DNA of 47,094 bases from a virus. Numbering within the stretch: position 1 is the first letter of the stretch; each line of letters opens with the position of its first letter. The notes beneath the pieces are model-generated. The model saw only the letters and a list, made by a program, of their open reading frames with translations. It did not search any database and was not told the origin of the DNA. The translations under genes and the position numbers were made by a program. Below are positions 27,463-36,107 of the stretch, one piece after another. The stretch lies in IMG/VR virus record IMGVR_UViG_2582581241_000004; one strand, 5' to 3'.

Positions 27463-28073
27463 TGAACATCCTTATCGAAAGCGCCGAGCAGTTCAAGACA
27501 ATGCGCGGCAATCTGAAGACTCCGACGATCAAGAGCCGCCACGGGCAGGTTCCCGTCCCGGCGACCGTCACGCTGCTCGTCGCCAGGAGCCTCCTCAAGG
27601 CCAACAACTACAACCCGAACAGCGTCCCAGACGAGAAGATGAAGCTCTTGAAAATGAGCATTCTCGACAACGGATTCTGCTTTCCGGTCGTGACGATCTG
27701 GAGCGACGATGACGAATGCTTCGTCATCGTTGACGGCTTCCATCGATACATGATCACCGGCCCGAAATGGCTGGACATGGAGTTCGTCCCGATCGTCGTC
27801 CTCGATCACGACGTCTCGAAGCGCATGTATGCGACGGTTCAATTCAACAAGGCGCGGGGGACGCATCAGGTCGATCTCGACGCCGACCTGATCCGCGCCC
27901 TGATCGAGCAGGGCAAATCCGAGGACGAGATCTCCGATCACCTCGGCATCGATCTCGACACCATCCACCGCTACAAGCAGCTCACGGGCATCGCGGACCT
28001 CTTCAAGAATTCCGCCTGGTCTCCGAGCTGGAACGCCGTCGAAGGCATTCGCGAGGAGAACATCCATGGTTGA
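27462..28073 (+). CDS. ibrB: ParB/Srx-domain protein, IbrB-like
   Basis: ANNYNPN.V...M.LL..SI..NGF..PVV, IVDGFHR, AT..FN.ARG.H, C-terminal HTH. Confidence 0.8.
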   Translation: MNILIESAEQFKTMRGNLKTPTIKSRHGQVPVPATVTLLVARSLLKANNYNPNSVPDEKMKLLKMSILDNGFCFPVVTIWSDDDECFVIVDGFHRYMITGPKWLDMEFVPIVVLDHDVSKRMYATVQFNKARGTHQVDLDADLIRALIEQGKSEDEISDHLGIDLDTIHRYKQLTGIADLFKNSAWSPSWNAVEGIREENIHG

Positions 28074-28707
28074 GTGGAACTATGGCGGCGCCCATCTGCG
28101 CCACGACATGACCGGCATCATCGAACTGCCGAACGACTCCAAGGTCCAGGTCGCAGATCTGACCAAGGAATTGCCGGAATTCATGATGCTGGCGGACTGC
28201 CTCTTCATCGACCCGCCGTGCAGCAACGGAAACCTGAGGTCTTTTCATACGAAGGCCGACATGGACCTGATGTACGAGTTCAAGGATTTCGAGGAGGCGC
28301 TGTTCCGACGGATCGAGACGATCGGGCCGAGGGACGTCTTCATCGAGGTCTTCAAGTCGAACAAGGCGTCGTTCATCGAGCGGCTGGAGAAGCTCTACGG
28401 CTCGGTCCGCGTCCACGACAGCTTCTACTACAACAAGCCGGCCAACAGATGCTGGATCCTGCAAGCCAGCAGGCGGCCGACATTCCCGGAATTCGACATC
28501 GGCGGAATCGACGAAGCCAAGGCGATCCAGCGCATCTGCTCGGGCTTCGAATTCGACACCATCGGCGACCTCTGCATGGGCAAGGGACTCGTCGGCAAGC
28601 ACGCCTATCTCGCGGGACGGCGGTTCGTCGGAACGGAACTCAATCGCAAGCGCCTCGCCGTCCTGGTCGATTTCATCCGCGAGCAGGAGACGAAGAAGGC
28701 CGCGTGA
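28066..28707 (+). CDS. Small amino-methyltransferase-like protein
   Basis: FIDPPC followed by GDLCMGKG.VG...F.GTELN (SAM-binding motif). Confidence 0.7.
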   Translation: MVEWNYGGAHLRHDMTGIIELPNDSKVQVADLTKELPEFMMLADCLFIDPPCSNGNLRSFHTKADMDLMYEFKDFEEALFRRIETIGPRDVFIEVFKSNKASFIERLEKLYGSVRVHDSFYYNKPANRCWILQASRRPTFPEFDIGGIDEAKAIQRICSGFEFDTIGDLCMGKGLVGKHAYLAGRRFVGTELNRKRLAVLVDFIREQETKKAA

Positions 28708-28742
28708 ATCGACGTTTTCGAGTGAGTGAGTGGAGTTTTTAC

Positions 28743-29654
28743 GTGTTCAACAATAGCAGCACACAATTCGCGTGGAAGATCGCGTCCGGAAATACCGTCT
28801 ACGAACCCCCGATTCCCAAGCGCGGGGAGCGATACGCCGAGGGAGACCGCTGCTGGCTGTGCGGCGGTCCGACCGGCGGCCAGGGATGGCGCAAGGAAGA
28901 CGCCATCGCGGCCACGTTCACAAATCATAACTTGGCGGCCGCCCACGGCGCCGTCGCCGTCTGCCAGTCGTGCACCGCCCTGTCGCGGTCCGAGACGTTT
29001 CAGGGCATCGTCAAGGCGCGGAATCTGGACGTCAAAACGTGGACGCAGGCCGGCTGGCATTCGTACAGCCACTTCTTCGCCGAGCCGAATGTCTACGAAT
29101 GCCCGGTCCCGTCCCGCGTCCGCGAGATCCTGCTGTCGCCGCCGGAAGGACGATGGCTGCTCGGAGTGAATCCGAGCGGCAAGAAGCACACGATATTCCG
29201 CGCTCCGATCTGCACGGGCAAGGAGTGGGGCGTGCAATTCGACGAGGCGCGAATCTATTCGACGACCGACGAATTCGCGGCCTGCCTCGCGGATTTCGAA
29301 CGTATGACCGCGCTCGGATTCTCGAAGGACGACGTCTCCAGCGGACGCCAGAGCCACGGTTCGATCCTGCGCGCCGGCGTCTCCGCATGGGCGTCCGCCG
29401 ATGGCGCGATGAAGATCTGGCGCCGCGAGCGTCCCGACCTCCTCGATCTCGTCGCCTATTGCGCCCGCTCGGCGTCCGCCCATGGCGTCGAATTCAAGGC
29501 GCGGGATTCCCCTCCCCCGCCTGCGGTCGCCGATCCGCCGGCGCCGCCTCCGATCGTCGAACCGGCATCCGTCGAACCGGCGAAACCGAAGCGCGGAAGG
29601 AAGGCGGCGAAGCCCGTCAAGCCGACCAACCCCGTCCAACTGAGTCTGTTTTGA
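28743..29654 (+). CDS. csf1: Type IV Cas large subunit Csf1 (Cas8-like)
   Basis: GTG 28743 after GGAG; CWLCG...FTNH......VCQSC Zn motif, LL.PP, KKH; first gene of the csf cluster. Confidence 0.7.
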   Translation: MFNNSSTQFAWKIASGNTVYEPPIPKRGERYAEGDRCWLCGGPTGGQGWRKEDAIAATFTNHNLAAAHGAVAVCQSCTALSRSETFQGIVKARNLDVKTWTQAGWHSYSHFFAEPNVYECPVPSRVREILLSPPEGRWLLGVNPSGKKHTIFRAPICTGKEWGVQFDEARIYSTTDEFAACLADFERMTALGFSKDDVSSGRQSHGSILRAGVSAWASADGAMKIWRRERPDLLDLVAYCARSASAHGVEFKARDSPPPPAVADPPAPPPIVEPASVEPAKPKRGRKAAKPVKPTNPVQLSLF

Positions 29655-29664
29655 GGAGTCTCTC

Positions 29665-30099
29665 TTGCTCTACAATTTCGACACCCACGACGACCGGCTC
29701 GCCGCAGCCGCGCTCGTCCTCTACGCTGCCTACAAATCCCGCGACCGCCGTCGCTTCGCCGTCTCCACGGACATGTGGGACCGGATCGAGCGCTTCGTGA
29801 AGGACGCGGCGAAGAGATCGCGCACGCTTCCGGCTTTCGTGGAAGCTCTGAAGCCGCGCCTGTGCTGCGGATCGATCTCGCCGCGCTGGCTGTCGGCGGA
29901 TCCCTTCGACGCCGCCTGCGAGCGGCGCGGAACCGAATTCCTCTCGCATCTCCTCGAACGCCACGACGGCGCGGCAGTGGTGCGGAAGGCATACGACGAG
30001 ACGGCCTGCGTCGTCCTTCTCGTTCGTGACCGTCTCGAGCGGGAAAAGCCCGTCGAGTCGAACAGCAACGACGCGATCAACGTGAAGGAGTCTGTGTAA
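29665..30099 (+). CDS. cas11: Type IV-B small subunit (Cas11-like)
   Basis: About 144 aa, helical, between csf1 and csf2; GAGGAG RBS; positional call. Confidence 0.55.
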   Translation: MLYNFDTHDDRLAAAALVLYAAYKSRDRRRFAVSTDMWDRIERFVKDAAKRSRTLPAFVEALKPRLCCGSISPRWLSADPFDAACERRGTEFLSHLLERHDGAAVVRKAYDETACVVLLVRDRLEREKPVESNSNDAINVKESV

Positions 30100-31091
30100 T
30101 GGGTAACAAATCGTATCGTCTCGACGGCCTTTTCAGCCTGAAGTCGCCGCTTTCGCACATCAGCGAGACCGTCTCGAACTCGTCCTATCTCGTCCAGGAG
30201 CGCGTCATCCAGAATGACGGCAGCGTCGCCGACGTCTTCGTCTACAGCGGAAACGCCTGGCGCGGCCAGCTTCGCGACCTGATGGCCCGCGATCTCCTCG
30301 ACCGCCTCGGCGACGACAACGGCCCGGCGCGCGTCGGCCTGGACACGTTCTCGCTGCTGTTCTCCGGCGGACGCATCGGCGGCACGCAGACGACGGACAT
30401 CGGGCAGGCGCGTCGCCTGCGTTCCGCGCTGCCGTCGATCGCGCTGCTCGGCGGCGGCGTCGGCAATCAGCTTCTCGCCGGCAAGGCCCGCATCGGCAAC
30501 TGCTATCCGCTCTGCCGTGAAGCGTCGGGCATCCTTCCGGCGTCCTTGCGCGCCGACGCCGCCCTCGTCGAATACGCGGACTGCACGCAAAGCAAGGAGC
30601 ATTCGCGCCGCGACGACAAAAAGATCGAGACCATCAACGGCTATCTCTTGCCGGCGGCCGCGATCGAGGAGACGCCGAAGAAGGGGAAGAAAGCCAAGGC
30701 CGACGACGACGCGCCGGCGACCGACCAGATGAGGATCCGCATGGAGCTCCTCTCGCCGGGCGTCAGACTCCACACCTGGATCTCGATCGAGACGGCGACC
30801 GAGGAGGAGCTCGGCTGTCTCGTCGCCGCCCTGAAGCTCTTCTCCGACGCGCCGCACATCGGCGGGCAGTCCGCGAGAGGCTACGGGCTGGTGGACCTGG
30901 ACTACGCGCTGACCGACCGCACGACCGGCGCCGTCGTCGAGCATTTCGTGACCGTCGCCGACGGCGCCTGCATGCTTTCTCCGGAGGCCTCGGAGGCCCT
31001 GGCGGCCTACGGAAGCCATGTCGGCGCGCTGAAGGAAACCGCCATCGCGCCGAACGGCGGCGTCCTGGCTCTTCTGGAGGGCGCGGCGTGA
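30099..31091 (+). CDS. csf2: Type IV Cas7-family backbone Csf2
   Basis: SPLSH, SGNAWRGQLRD, LFSGG, LR..LP.IALLGG.VGNQ...GK, QM...E, IGG.SARGYG. Confidence 0.85.
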   Translation: MGNKSYRLDGLFSLKSPLSHISETVSNSSYLVQERVIQNDGSVADVFVYSGNAWRGQLRDLMARDLLDRLGDDNGPARVGLDTFSLLFSGGRIGGTQTTDIGQARRLRSALPSIALLGGGVGNQLLAGKARIGNCYPLCREASGILPASLRADAALVEYADCTQSKEHSRRDDKKIETINGYLLPAAAIEETPKKGKKAKADDDAPATDQMRIRMELLSPGVRLHTWISIETATEEELGCLVAALKLFSDAPHIGGQSARGYGLVDLDYALTDRTTGAVVEHFVTVADGACMLSPEASEALAAYGSHVGALKETAIAPNGGVLALLEGAA

Positions 31092-31672
31092 GCGTCTACA
31101 TCGCGAAAATCAACACGCCGCGCGGGCCGATCTCCTCGATCCATTGCGCGCTCTACGCCTGCCTGCCGCCAAGGCCGGAGGGAAGCAAGCGTCCCTTCGT
31201 CTGGCGCGTCGCCGACGGCGGACGTTCGATCGTGTTCGTCTCGTCGGAGATGCCGATCGTCCCGCATGCGACGATCTCGCTCGAGGCGGGGCGGTCCTAC
31301 GAGTTCGCCATCACTTATACGCGCGACAAGCACGTCGGAAAGAAGAAAGCCCGTCACCTCGTCGAGATCAACTCGATGCTCGATCTGCGTGATCGCATCT
31401 CGCATTTCGCCGGCTCCTACGGTGGAAGCGTCGGATTCGTGCGCCACGAACACATGCGGACCCTGCATGTGCGCCGGCAGAACGAGCATCTCGAAATGCC
31501 GATCGTGGACGCCTATGGGCGCGTCGTGGTCGAGGATCCCGTCGCGTTCGAGCAGGTCGTCCTCCAGGGCGGACCGGGCGGCGCCAAGGTCTACGGATGC
31601 GGCATGTGGTGGCTGCCGGAAATCATGGAGCCGGCTCTTTCGCCGGCGAAACTCGAAAGGATCGCCGCATGA
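31088..31672 (+). CDS. cas6: Cas6-like RAMP (Cas6e-type G-rich loop)
   Basis: H..LY, FVWR, G...V.DP..F..V...G.GGAKVYGCGM. Confidence 0.6.
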   Translation: MSVYIAKINTPRGPISSIHCALYACLPPRPEGSKRPFVWRVADGGRSIVFVSSEMPIVPHATISLEAGRSYEFAITYTRDKHVGKKKARHLVEINSMLDLRDRISHFAGSYGGSVGFVRHEHMRTLHVRRQNEHLEMPIVDAYGRVVVEDPVAFEQVVLQGGPGGAKVYGCGMWWLPEIMEPALSPAKLERIAA

Positions 31673-32310
31673 AACCGACTCTCATCCGAGCCGTCCTGGT
31701 CAACGGCTACATCACCAGCAACCCCTGGACGCCGACCATCGACGGCATCGTGGCCTACGCCTCGCAGCTTCGAAAGCACGGCGACGAGTTCTATGTCCAC
31801 CGCGATTCCGAAATGGTCCCGGTGGACGACCTGCCGATCGAGAAGGCCAAGTTCAACGGACGCTGGTGGTATTCGTGTTCGACGCCGACGCCCGTCGATT
31901 CCGTCGGACGCCAGAAGCGAAACTACCACCGCCGCTTCGACGACCAGTATGAGGGCTATCTCGTCTCGGGCGTCGGCAAGGTGCTGACCAAGGCCGGCCC
32001 CTACAAAGCGGCTCGCCTCGCCGACACGCGTACGATCTGCCGAGCCGTCGAGTGGCACGTCGTCGGCGACCGTGACGCGCTGCGGGATCTCCTTGGCGAC
32101 ATCGATCAGATCGGAGCCGCCCGCGCCGTCGGCTTCGGCTCCGTCGTCGAGTGGCAGTTCGAAGAGGGCGACGCCGAAATCGCAAGACGCCGGCGTCCGC
32201 TTCCGCTCGAATACGCGGAGAGCATCGGCATCGCAGGGCGCAGGATGTCGTGGGGCATCGTGCCGCCGTCGCGCCTGCCGGAGTCGATCTGCGAGTGCGT
32301 CATGCCGTGA
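31669..32310 (+). CDS. csf3: Type IV Cas5-family Csf3
   Basis: ATG 31669; IDGIVA, LP, WWYSCS, GPYK, W..VGD...LR.LL..I..IG..R..GFG.V..W, RRPLP. Confidence 0.82.
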   Translation: MKPTLIRAVLVNGYITSNPWTPTIDGIVAYASQLRKHGDEFYVHRDSEMVPVDDLPIEKAKFNGRWWYSCSTPTPVDSVGRQKRNYHRRFDDQYEGYLVSGVGKVLTKAGPYKAARLADTRTICRAVEWHVVGDRDALRDLLGDIDQIGAARAVGFGSVVEWQFEEGDAEIARRRRPLPLEYAESIGIAGRRMSWGIVPPSRLPESICECVMP

Positions 32311-32316
32311 ATCATG

Positions 32317-32356
32317 GCCGTCGCCGGGTTCCGACAGGGATTCGGCGACGGCTTTT
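32317..32356 (+). terminator. Intrinsic terminator closing the Cas operon
   Basis: GCCGTCGCCG...CGGCGACGGC perfect 10-bp outer stem followed by TTTT. Confidence 0.65.
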
Positions 32357-32378
32357 CGATGGCGGAACCGCATCCGCA

Positions 32379-32445
32379 TTAACCATTCGTTTCCCAATCC
32401 GCCTCTCGATTCCACACGCTGCGGTCGTATTAACACATCATTTCC
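32379..32445 (+). promoter_or_regulatory. Two CtrA-like boxes upstream of flagellin
   Basis: TTAACCATTCGTTTCC (32379) and TTAACACATCATTTCC (32430); CtrA consensus is TTAA-N7-TTAA, half-site TTAACCAT. Confidence 0.5.
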
Positions 32446-32495
32446 GCGCCGCTGATAATTGAAACGACACGGGTTTCCATAACGAAGTCGATTTC

Positions 32496-33593
32496 ATGTC
32501 CAGCGTTCTCACGAATTCATCCGCGATCACCGCGCTCCAGAACCTGCGCTCGACGCAGTCCGCCCTGGCGGACACACAGCACCGCGTCGCTACCGGCCTC
32601 AAGGTTTCCACCGCCGCCGACAACCCTTCGACATGGGCCGTCGCGGAAACGATGAAATCCGATCGAGGCGTGGTGTCGACGATCGCGGATTCGCTCGGGG
32701 TGAGTTCGCAGATTGTCGGCGTCGCGATGGCGGGCGTCGAAAGCACGATCTCGGTGATGAACCAGATCAAGAGCGCCATCGCACAAGCGGCACAGCCGGG
32801 AGCCGACAAGGCGAAGATTGCCACGAGCCTTGTCGGCCTGAGCGCGCAACTGCGATCGATTATTGCGTCCGCTTCGTTCAACGGAATAAACCTACTCGAC
32901 GGATCGCAGTCCTCGATCAGCTTCGCGTCCGGATACGTCGATGGGAATGGGTCGGGATCGGAACTGCGATCACTGGGCTTCACGCCTGCGGCGTTAGTAG
33001 AAAATAAAACGGCAATTGCATCCTTAAACGCAAGTAACATCACTGTAAACAATGCATATCAAGCTGGACTGCTATCCTCAAGCAACAAATCGGATATATT
33101 CGATTCTGGTAGTTCTTCGAATCTCGGGTGGATTCCAACCTATGGATTCGAGCCAAACGAGTCGATATTTCCAAATAGCCCTACATATTACGATACATAC
33201 TCCTATGATCTGGCCAATAATGTCATAAACGTAAACTACTATGCCAATTTCGCGGAGATATTTCCGGATTCGTCTGGTGGCTCCGGACTTGGAACCGTCT
33301 TGCTCAACCCTGTCATTGAAGGGAAAAGCCTCGATGTAGCCGATGCGGTTATTTCCCGCCTTACCGACTACGCCTCCACGCTCGGCTCGACAAAGACGAC
33401 CATCGACTCCCAGCGCGGCTTCATGCGGACCCTCGGCGACGCCATGGACCAGGGCATCGGCTCGCTGGTGGACGCCGACCTGAACGCGGAATCCACGCGA
33501 TTGCAGGCATTGCAGACGCAGCAGCAGCTAGGCGTCCAGTCGCTATCTATCGCCAACAGGGACGGCGACATCGTCCTGAAGCTGTTCCAGTGA
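32496..33593 (+). CDS. fliC: Flagellin (alphaproteobacterial type)
   Basis: MSSVLTNSSA..ALQ.L...TGLKV..A.DN, ASFNG.NLL, LVDADLN.ES.RLQALQ.QQQLG.Q.LSIAN. Confidence 0.93.
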   Translation: MSSVLTNSSAITALQNLRSTQSALADTQHRVATGLKVSTAADNPSTWAVAETMKSDRGVVSTIADSLGVSSQIVGVAMAGVESTISVMNQIKSAIAQAAQPGADKAKIATSLVGLSAQLRSIIASASFNGINLLDGSQSSISFASGYVDGNGSGSELRSLGFTPAALVENKTAIASLNASNITVNNAYQAGLLSSSNKSDIFDSGSSSNLGWIPTYGFEPNESIFPNSPTYYDTYSYDLANNVINVNYYANFAEIFPDSSGGSGLGTVLLNPVIEGKSLDVADAVISRLTDYASTLGSTKTTIDSQRGFMRTLGDAMDQGIGSLVDADLNAESTRLQALQTQQQLGVQSLSIANRDGDIVLKLFQ

Positions 33594-33923
33594 TTATGTC
33601 CGTCCGCCTCGGATGGTCTCGGCCATTCTTCCGAACGCCAATTTCCTGATCATCAAATATCGGGGAGCCGCCTCGTCCGATCCCATGCCAACGACGGCCA
33701 CTGCGACGAAAGCGAATCCCGCCGGCAGGAGGATCAACGCGCTCCACAGACGGTCGGCAGGCGTCGGCTCGACCCGATATCCGCGATCGCGAGGCGCTTC
33801 CGGAGCCAGCAACAGCGAACTGACGTAGTTCGGCCAGATCGCCATCGGAACGACCGCAAGGCTGTAACTGACCGCGACGACGACCGAGAACACGATGTCG
33901 TCGATCCATTTGATGACGTTCAT
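33594..33923 (-). CDS. Membrane protein
   Basis: Two hydrophobic helices; convergent with flagellin. Confidence 0.55.
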   Translation of the reverse strand: MNVIKWIDDIVFSVVVAVSYSLAVVPMAIWPNYVSSLLLAPEAPRDRGYRVEPTPADRLWSALILLPAGFAFVAVAVVGMGSDEAAPRYLMIRKLAFGRMAETIRGGRT

Positions 33924-34237
33924 TTTATCTCGTTCTTCAGGCCTTTTATGCGCCGGTCGACTTCGGCTGCGAACGCGTCCTCAATGATCGCCACGATCTC
34001 CTCGGGTGTCCGTCCAGCTCCTGCGGCCGCGATGCAGGCGTCCGTTGCGCGATGGACGACCAACGAACATTCCGATTCGATGTAGATCAGTCTGGACGCC
34101 GCCATGTGCCACCGCATCGCGATCCGGACGAGTTCCTCGATCTCAGGTCTCGGCGCCTTCCGCAGGGCGTGGCGGGCGGCTTCGGTCTTCGAAATATCAC
34201 TATCGCGGGGAATTCCGAACAATTCGTGGTCTTTCAA
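33920..34237 (-). CDS. Hypothetical protein
   Basis: Overlapping stop/start with neighbour. Confidence 0.5.
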   Translation of the reverse strand: MKDHELFGIPRDSDISKTEAARHALRKAPRPEIEELVRIAMRWHMAASRLIYIESECSLVVHRATDACIAAAGAGRTPEEIVAIIEDAFAAEVDRRIKGLKNEIK

Positions 34238-34336
34238 GGGATTTGGTGAAAACAGCGCGCCTCCTTAGCCCCGCGCAAGCCGATCGTCAACGCGGTCCAG
34301 TTTCTGCTTCGTTTCCGACGGTGCGGAAAACGGAAG

Positions 34337-34597
34337 TCAGGCCGTCCCCGCCCGCGCCGCCATGTCCGCCAGGGCGACGCCGACATCCTGGACGAAATCC
34401 GCCACGCCGGGATGGCTCTTCGCGAGCTCCCTCGCCTTGGTGTCCCGCTGCGCCGGCGACAGGCTGGCGTCGCGAAAGATATTTTCCATATCAATGACGA
34501 ACACTGCGGATGGAATCGAGATCCGATGCAACGGCACATGGAATTCCGATGACGGAAACAGCCGCGTCAGCGCGATGATTTCACTGGGTCTGAGCAT
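34337..34597 (-). CDS. Hypothetical protein
   Basis: AAGGAG RBS. Confidence 0.55.
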   Translation of the reverse strand: MLRPSEIIALTRLFPSSEFHVPLHRISIPSAVFVIDMENIFRDASLSPAQRDTKARELAKSHPGVADFVQDVGVALADMAARAGTA

Positions 34598-34940
34598 AGT
34601 CGGTCTCCTTCGATGCCGATGTCTTGGATTTTCGGCGTTCTTCCCGCCGATAGCTTTCGAGCTCCAATTGAAGGCACTCGATCTGCGCCTTCATGGCTTT
34701 CAGCACATCGTCGTGCAGATCCGAAATTCCTTCGCGCAGCGCAGCCATCTTCTCGCGAAGATCGACGCTGGATTCGCGATCGAGGAGCGTTTTGATGACG
34801 TGGATCGCTTGCAGGCACGGAACCGCGACGAAACGCCGGTCAAAACTCGCTTCCGCCGCAATCTCGAGTTCCTCGAGCAGACGCTCGGCCTCGATCGGCG
34901 TCTCGTCGACATGCATGTGAAATTCCGCCAGCCTGTCCAT
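34581..34940 (-). CDS. Hypothetical coiled-coil protein
   Basis: AAGGAG RBS. Confidence 0.55.
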   Translation of the reverse strand: MDRLAEFHMHVDETPIEAERLLEELEIAAEASFDRRFVAVPCLQAIHVIKTLLDRESSVDLREKMAALREGISDLHDDVLKAMKAQIECLQLELESYRREERRKSKTSASKETDYAQTQ

Positions 34941-34952
34941 TGCCGGACTCCT

Positions 34953-35504
34953 TCAGATCACATCCGACCAAAGCAGATCGACGACTTCGTTGAAGTCGAG
35001 CGGCTGGACGATCAACACATTCCGCTCCTGCCAGTCCTTCGCACCGCCGCAGAAATATTCGCCGCTGGCGACGCAATAGGCGATAGGTGTCGATCCGACG
35101 ACCTCGCCGTTTTCCGTCACTTCCTTCCAATATTCGGTGCGGAAACACAGATTGCCGCCGAAGAGGAACAGCCCCGGCCGGCAGGCCTCCAGCGAGACGG
35201 GGCCGCGCGGCGCCTCGTCTTCATCGTCGTCGCCATCGACCGGAGCCGCGTCGACCTCATGAACGACGGTAGCCTGGAAGCCGTTGAAGGCTTGAAAATC
35301 GGACGATCGATCGAACGGGTCGGAATTATGGTCGCTAAAAACCCGCGCGATCTCGATTTCGGCGTTGTCTTCGAGGCCGAGCTGCTTCCGCAATTGACGT
35401 TCGATGATCGCCTCGATGTCCTGCACCGAGACGCGGAACACGGCTTCCCGGCGCGTCTTGGTCGTGGTGATGTCCTTCTTCGTCTCGAATGGAATCTTGC
35501 TCAT
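34953..35504 (-). CDS. Hypothetical protein
   Basis: GAGGGG RBS; acidic linker; PGLF.F...TEY, SGEYF.GG. Confidence 0.6.
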   Translation of the reverse strand: MSKIPFETKKDITTTKTRREAVFRVSVQDIEAIIERQLRKQLGLEDNAEIEIARVFSDHNSDPFDRSSDFQAFNGFQATVVHEVDAAPVDGDDDEDEAPRGPVSLEACRPGLFLFGGNLCFRTEYWKEVTENGEVVGSTPIAYCVASGEYFCGGAKDWQERNVLIVQPLDFNEVVDLLWSDVI

Positions 35505-35510
35505 CGCCCC

Positions 35511-36107
35511 TCACTCCGTTTCGACATCCCAGAATTTCCCGGCGCGCACGATTGCCTCGTCGTTCCCGGCATCGGTATTGTCGTGCGGTTCATCGAGCCA
35601 CGCCGCCAGCGTCCAGCCATCGGCTTCCCACATGAAGACGTCGCACCATCCGCCGTTATCGACGCTGTAGAAAAGACTCCAACCCTTGCGCGGGCGGACT
35701 TTGCCCTTCTCCTTCCGTCCCTCGAAAAGCACTGGATACCAGCCCGATTTCGAAGGCGATTTCGTCGGCGGCTGCTCTTCGCGCGGCCACTGGAAAACCT
35801 TGTCGATCAGGTGATCCCCGATCCTGGACGCCACGTCGCAATGCGCCCGATCGACTCCATATGTCGTCACATGCTCGCCGTGCGGCGCCGGATCGTCGCC
35901 GACGCGCCGGGCGTAGATGATCACTTGGTCGTAGCCGTAGTCGTCGGCGATGCGCTTCGCGGCGGAGATCGGAATTCGCTTCATTTTACGTGGCTGCGAC
36001 ATTGGAGTGTCGTTCCTCTTTGGCTTTTGACGCTTGCGTTCCCGATCGGGAACATTTTCCGGCAAACGAGCGATCTCGGATGAAAGCTTCCCGATCGGGA
36101 ACGTCAT
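35511..36107 (-). CDS. Hypothetical protein (start 36107 or 36002)
   Basis: IPISAAKRIA..YGYDQV.I.AR...EHVTTYG...HC. Confidence 0.6.
   Translation of the reverse strand: MTFPIGKLSSEIARLPENVPDRERKRQKPKRNDTPMSQPRKMKRIPISAAKRIADDYGYDQVIIYARRVGDDPAPHGEHVTTYGVDRAHCDVASRIGDHLIDKVFQWPREEQPPTKSPSKSGWYPVLFEGRKEKGKVRPRKGWSLFYSVDNGGWCDVFMWEADGWTLAAWLDEPHDNTDAGNDEAIVRAGKFWDVETE
36038..36102. repeat. Pair of 16-bp palindromes
   Basis: GTTCCCGATCGGGAAC (36038-36053) and CTTCCCGATCGGGAAC (36087-36102). Confidence 0.7.

Noticed and set aside
25200-33600. CRISPR array or mini-array next to the csf genes
   Set aside because: No regularly spaced direct repeats found by eye here or elsewhere in the window. The only strong structure is a single hairpin with a T-tract. 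An array outside the window or a degenerate repeat cannot be excluded.
34362-36083. 573-aa plus-strand ORF and similar long ORFs (22480-24159 minus, 20737-22308 minus, 7638-9575 plus, 673-1863 minus)
   Set aside because: Antisense or off-frame shadows of better-supported genes, common in high-GC DNA; no motifs recognised.
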